Positions 32,724 through 35,768 of a DNA stretch of 35,768 nt are shown piece by piece. The translations under genes and the position numbers were made by a program. Position 1 is the stretch's first letter, and the number at the start of each line of letters is the position of its first letter. The DNA is taken from positions 1-35,768 of the IMG/VR virus record IMGVR_UViG_3300049828_000055; one strand, 5' to 3'. The DNA comes from a virus. Lineage: Duplodnaviria; Caudoviricetes. The notes below the pieces were generated by a model. That model worked only from the letters and a program-made list of their open reading frames with translations, searched no databases and was not told the origin of the DNA.

Positions 32724-35333
32724 ATGACTTGCGGGACAAATATGGGTAATTATGACAATCTAGCAATCAACTATTCAATCGGAACGGGACTGAGTTTCGG
32801 ACGCGCTAAGAACAGAACCGATTCGTGGGCCAAATTCAAGAACAGCTTCCGAACTCCGCTAATCTCCCCCGAAAAGTTCTCCTACTACCTGAAGCTGACC
32901 CCAGATCAGCAGGTCGCAAATAAAGCCCAAAACGGATGGTTCTACCGGACGCAGGTCGCCGGAAAGCGCCGGAACCGCCAGTCGGGAATGCCGACCAACA
33001 TCGTCACCCTCGATTTCGACTACGCCACGCCGCACATGCTGGAAATGATCCAGATGGGGTTGATCCTCGGCGGCACCCTATATTTCGTCCACAGTTCGCG
33101 CCGCCACACTCCCGAGAAGCCTCGGTTGAGAATGGTGATCCCGCTGCTTTCCCCTCTGCCGAACGAATACTACCCGGCAGTTTCCCGAATTCTCGCCAGT
33201 CAGATCGACCCGGAAATGGAAGCCGTTGACCCGGTGTCTTTCCGTGTCGCTCAGATGATGTTCAAGCCGGTCAAGAGCAGCGATCAGGAATTCGTCTTCT
33301 ACGAGCAGGACGGCGAACCGCTTGATTGGGAAGCCCTTTTGGCCGACTTCGAGGCCACGACCGGCGACTGGCACGATCTGTCGCTGCTGCCGAAGGTCGA
33401 AGGCGAGAAGCTGCGCCAGACCTCAGACAAGGCCGAAGACCCGTGGTTGAAGGACGGCCCGGTCGGCACCTTCTGTCGGGCCTATACGATCCCGGAAGCA
33501 ATCGACAAATTCCTCCCGGACGTTTACGCGGAATCAGGTGCGGTTGAAAACCGCTATACCTTCCTCGGGGGCACGACCACAGACGGGATGGAAGTCTACG
33601 ACGATGGTCGGTTCATGTATTCGCACCACGGGTCCGACCCGGCAAGCGACATGCTGGTCAACGCCTTCGATATGGTCCGAATTCACCTGTTCGGTAAAGA
33701 AGACGAAGATATTGACGAGGATGAAGTCTCTGTCCTGAAGCGTCCTAGTTCCAAATCCATGTTGGAATTCATCGCAGAAGACGATGGTTATAGGAGGCAG
33801 CATGTTTCTGATAATTACGACCGCACAGCAATGTTTGACGACATCGCTGATTATGAGGCTGAAACCGGCTACCACGAAGAAGAAGCCCAAATAGGCGGCG
33901 AAATCGTAGATCAGGAAATCGAAGACCTGATAGGCACCCCTAAAATCAAATTGCCGACCAATCCGAAGGGGCCTGACGTTGACCCTGATTGGTTCTCGAA
34001 GTTAGAGATCGACCCGCGAAATGGGCAACTCGCTTCAAATCTCCCGAATCTGATCTCGATTCTCCACAATGACCGCCGATTCAGGGGCACGGTCGAATAC
34101 AACGAATTGACCGCCAAATCCGTCACGCGCCGCCCGCTGAACACGAAGCTGGCGACTGTCCGGTCGACCCGGATCGCGGACAAGGTGTCTGGCGACACGA
34201 TGGACAGCCTGCACTACGTCAAGCTGCGGGCGATCATCGAGACGCAGAACGGCAAGAAGAAGCCGGGCTACGGCCTGAAGGTGACAGACCGCGACCTCGA
34301 AGCCGCCGTGCGTGAGGTTGCTGACCATTGGTCCTTCCACCCGATCAGGGACGCCCTGACCAGCTTCGTCTGGGATGGGCAGGAGCGGCTGGAAACCTTC
34401 TTCATCCGCTACCTTGGAGTCCCGGACACGCCCTATTTCCGCGAGATCGCGTGGAAGTGGTTTGTGGCCGGGGTCGCCCGCACCTTCGAGCCGGGGCACA
34501 AGTTCGACTTCGCCGTGATCCTCGAAGGCGCACAGGGCAAACGCAAGTCGACCATGATCCAGATCATCGGCCTCGGGTGGGGCGGCGAACTGAAGGCCAA
34601 CTTCCACGATGAAAACAAGATCGTGGAACAGATGCTTGGCAAGTTTGTGCTGGAACTGCCCGAACTGTCGAACTTCAACCGCTCGTCGGTCGAGGACATG
34701 AAGGCGATGATGGCCGCGACCTCGAACCACGTCAGGCTGGCGTGGGAGCGGTCGCCCCGAGACTACAAGCGCCAGTGCATCTTCATGGGGTCGACCAACA
34801 AGGACACCTATCTACTTGACGACACAGGCAACCGGCGCTTCTGGCCGTGCCCGGTCGTGGTCGAGCAGATCGACACCGACGCCATGCGGAAAGAGATCGG
34901 GCAGGTCTGGGCCGAAGCGGTCGAACGCTACCGCGCCATGCGGGCCGTCCAGCCCGAGGGATACCTGCCTTTGGCCTTGACGAACGCTGAGTCCATCGCG
35001 CAGTCTCTCGAAATGCAAGAAGCCCGTCGCCAGCAAACTGAAGCAGACAGCTTTGCCCCCGCAATCCGGGAATGGCTCGACACCCCCTATGCTCCCGACA
35101 AGATGGAGCCGGACACGACCCTCATTCGTGACCGGGCGACGATCAATGACATTTGGAGTCACGCGATGGGGATGCAGGGCTTCCCCGACCGCAGCAAGCA
35201 GATCGAGATCGGCAAGGCGCTGAAGGTGCTTGGCTGGCAGAAAGTCCGGGACCTGAACACCGGGCAGGGCTATCGCGGGTGGCACTATGAGCGCCCGGAT
35301 GCCGATAAGTCCAGTTGGTCGGATTTGCTCTGA
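32724..35333 (+). CDS. DNA primase-helicase (N-terminal primase domain + VirE-like P-loop ATPase)
   Basis: 869 aa; start could be 32742. TLDFD, HSS..H.PEKPR.R, K.G.VG.FCRAY, YSHHGSDP, Walker A EGAQGKRKST, ELPEL, GSTN and D.TGNRRFWP motifs. Confidence 0.92.
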   Translation: MTCGTNMGNYDNLAINYSIGTGLSFGRAKNRTDSWAKFKNSFRTPLISPEKFSYYLKLTPDQQVANKAQNGWFYRTQVAGKRRNRQSGMPTNIVTLDFDYATPHMLEMIQMGLILGGTLYFVHSSRRHTPEKPRLRMVIPLLSPLPNEYYPAVSRILASQIDPEMEAVDPVSFRVAQMMFKPVKSSDQEFVFYEQDGEPLDWEALLADFEATTGDWHDLSLLPKVEGEKLRQTSDKAEDPWLKDGPVGTFCRAYTIPEAIDKFLPDVYAESGAVENRYTFLGGTTTDGMEVYDDGRFMYSHHGSDPASDMLVNAFDMVRIHLFGKEDEDIDEDEVSVLKRPSSKSMLEFIAEDDGYRRQHVSDNYDRTAMFDDIADYEAETGYHEEEAQIGGEIVDQEIEDLIGTPKIKLPTNPKGPDVDPDWFSKLEIDPRNGQLASNLPNLISILHNDRRFRGTVEYNELTAKSVTRRPLNTKLATVRSTRIADKVSGDTMDSLHYVKLRAIIETQNGKKKPGYGLKVTDRDLEAAVREVADHWSFHPIRDALTSFVWDGQERLETFFIRYLGVPDTPYFREIAWKWFVAGVARTFEPGHKFDFAVILEGAQGKRKSTMIQIIGLGWGGELKANFHDENKIVEQMLGKFVLELPELSNFNRSSVEDMKAMMAATSNHVRLAWERSPRDYKRQCIFMGSTNKDTYLLDDTGNRRFWPCPVVVEQIDTDAMRKEIGQVWAEAVERYRAMRAVQPEGYLPLALTNAESIAQSLEMQEARRQQTEADSFAPAIREWLDTPYAPDKMEPDTTLIRDRATINDIWSHAMGMQGFPDRSKQIEIGKALKVLGWQKVRDLNTGQGYRGWHYERPDADKSSWSDLL

Positions 35334-35407
35334 TCCCGGCACGTCCAACCGAGGCTAATGTCGGGCGGTGCCGATGGCTGTCACGACCCCTTCAAACTGA
35401 AAATGGG

Positions 35408-35434
35408 AAGGCTCCGGTAATCCGGGGCCTTTTT
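35408..35434 (+). terminator. Intrinsic terminator after the primase gene
   Basis: AAGGCTCCGG-TAAT-CCGGGGCCTT followed by TTT. Confidence 0.8.
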
Positions 35435-35450
35435 CGTTACCAAAGTGGCC

Positions 35451-35697
35451 TCTGGTCCTATCTGGTCCTATCCAGTCCTATTGGTCCACATGGTTTCATA
35501 GATTGCCTCGGACAAACGCTCCTGCCAGCTAATCTCAACCCGAGGCAGCGGGGAAGTCGCCGGTAAAGTTTACAGAATTATCAAGTTGAATCTGATAGGA
35601 CCAATAGGACCAATAGGACCATAGGTGTTAAGTCATTGGAATCTTTAAGAGAAAAGCTGTCCTATCTGGTGGTCCTATGTTGGGACAGATAGGACCA
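35451..35697. repeat. Cluster of nine GTCCTAT/ATAGGAC repeats in alternating orientation (iteron-like or cosB-like)
   Basis: Forward core at 35455, 35465, 35475 (10-bp period), 35659 and 35672; inverted ATAGGACCA at 35595, 35604, 35613 (9-bp period) and 35689. Non-coding, AT-richer context. Confidence 0.85.
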
Positions 35698-35768
35698 TAA
35701 GTCCAGATCGAGGGCTTCAGGGGATTTGATCGTTTGGTCAAAAGGAAAATATTCCGAAAGGGTGGGCA

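Noticed and set aside
35315-35566. 83-aa plus-strand ORF after the primase gene
   Set aside because: Crosses the terminator and the repeat array, lacks an SD and has no recognisable features.
35451-35697. Terminal repeats as a mini-CRISPR array
   Set aside because: Units are 7-10 bp, tandem or inverted, without unique spacers of regular length.

Overview
This window is about 36 kb of a GC-rich tailed dsDNA siphophage with a Chi-like (Casjensviridae-type) gene order; the host is possibly an alphaproteobacterium (weak inference). Read right to left on the minus strand, it holds a DNA metabolism module (conserved hypothetical protein, DUF2800/Cas4-like exonuclease, DUF2815 SSB, NUMOD4-HNH, family A DNA polymerase, DUF1653, VRR-NUC, SNF2-type helicase, GIY-YIG endonuclease). 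Next come lambda-type packaging and head genes (TerS, TerL, gpW, portal, S49 protease/scaffold, decoration protein, major capsid) and neck genes. These are followed by the tail tube, frameshifted tail chaperones, a 1685-aa tape measure protein with an internal lytic transglycosylase, tail-tip genes and the start of a fibre gene. On the plus strand, divergent from this, lie a Cro-like HTH gene and a primase/VirE-type helicase, followed by a terminator and an iteron-like GTCCTAT repeat cluster that is probably cos-proximal. The most notable signals are: (1) a shared acidic C-terminal -LI/-LL motif on six replication/packaging-associated proteins; (2) a small gene bracketed by duplicated, co-varying terminators; (3) a recoded helicase 3' end next to the GIY-YIG gene; (4) a sheath-like domain inserted in the tail tube protein; (5) back-to-back promoters sharing one -35 palindrome. 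I saw no tRNA, rRNA, CRISPR array, integrase or reverse transcriptase. All family assignments come from motif recognition and synteny, not database searches.
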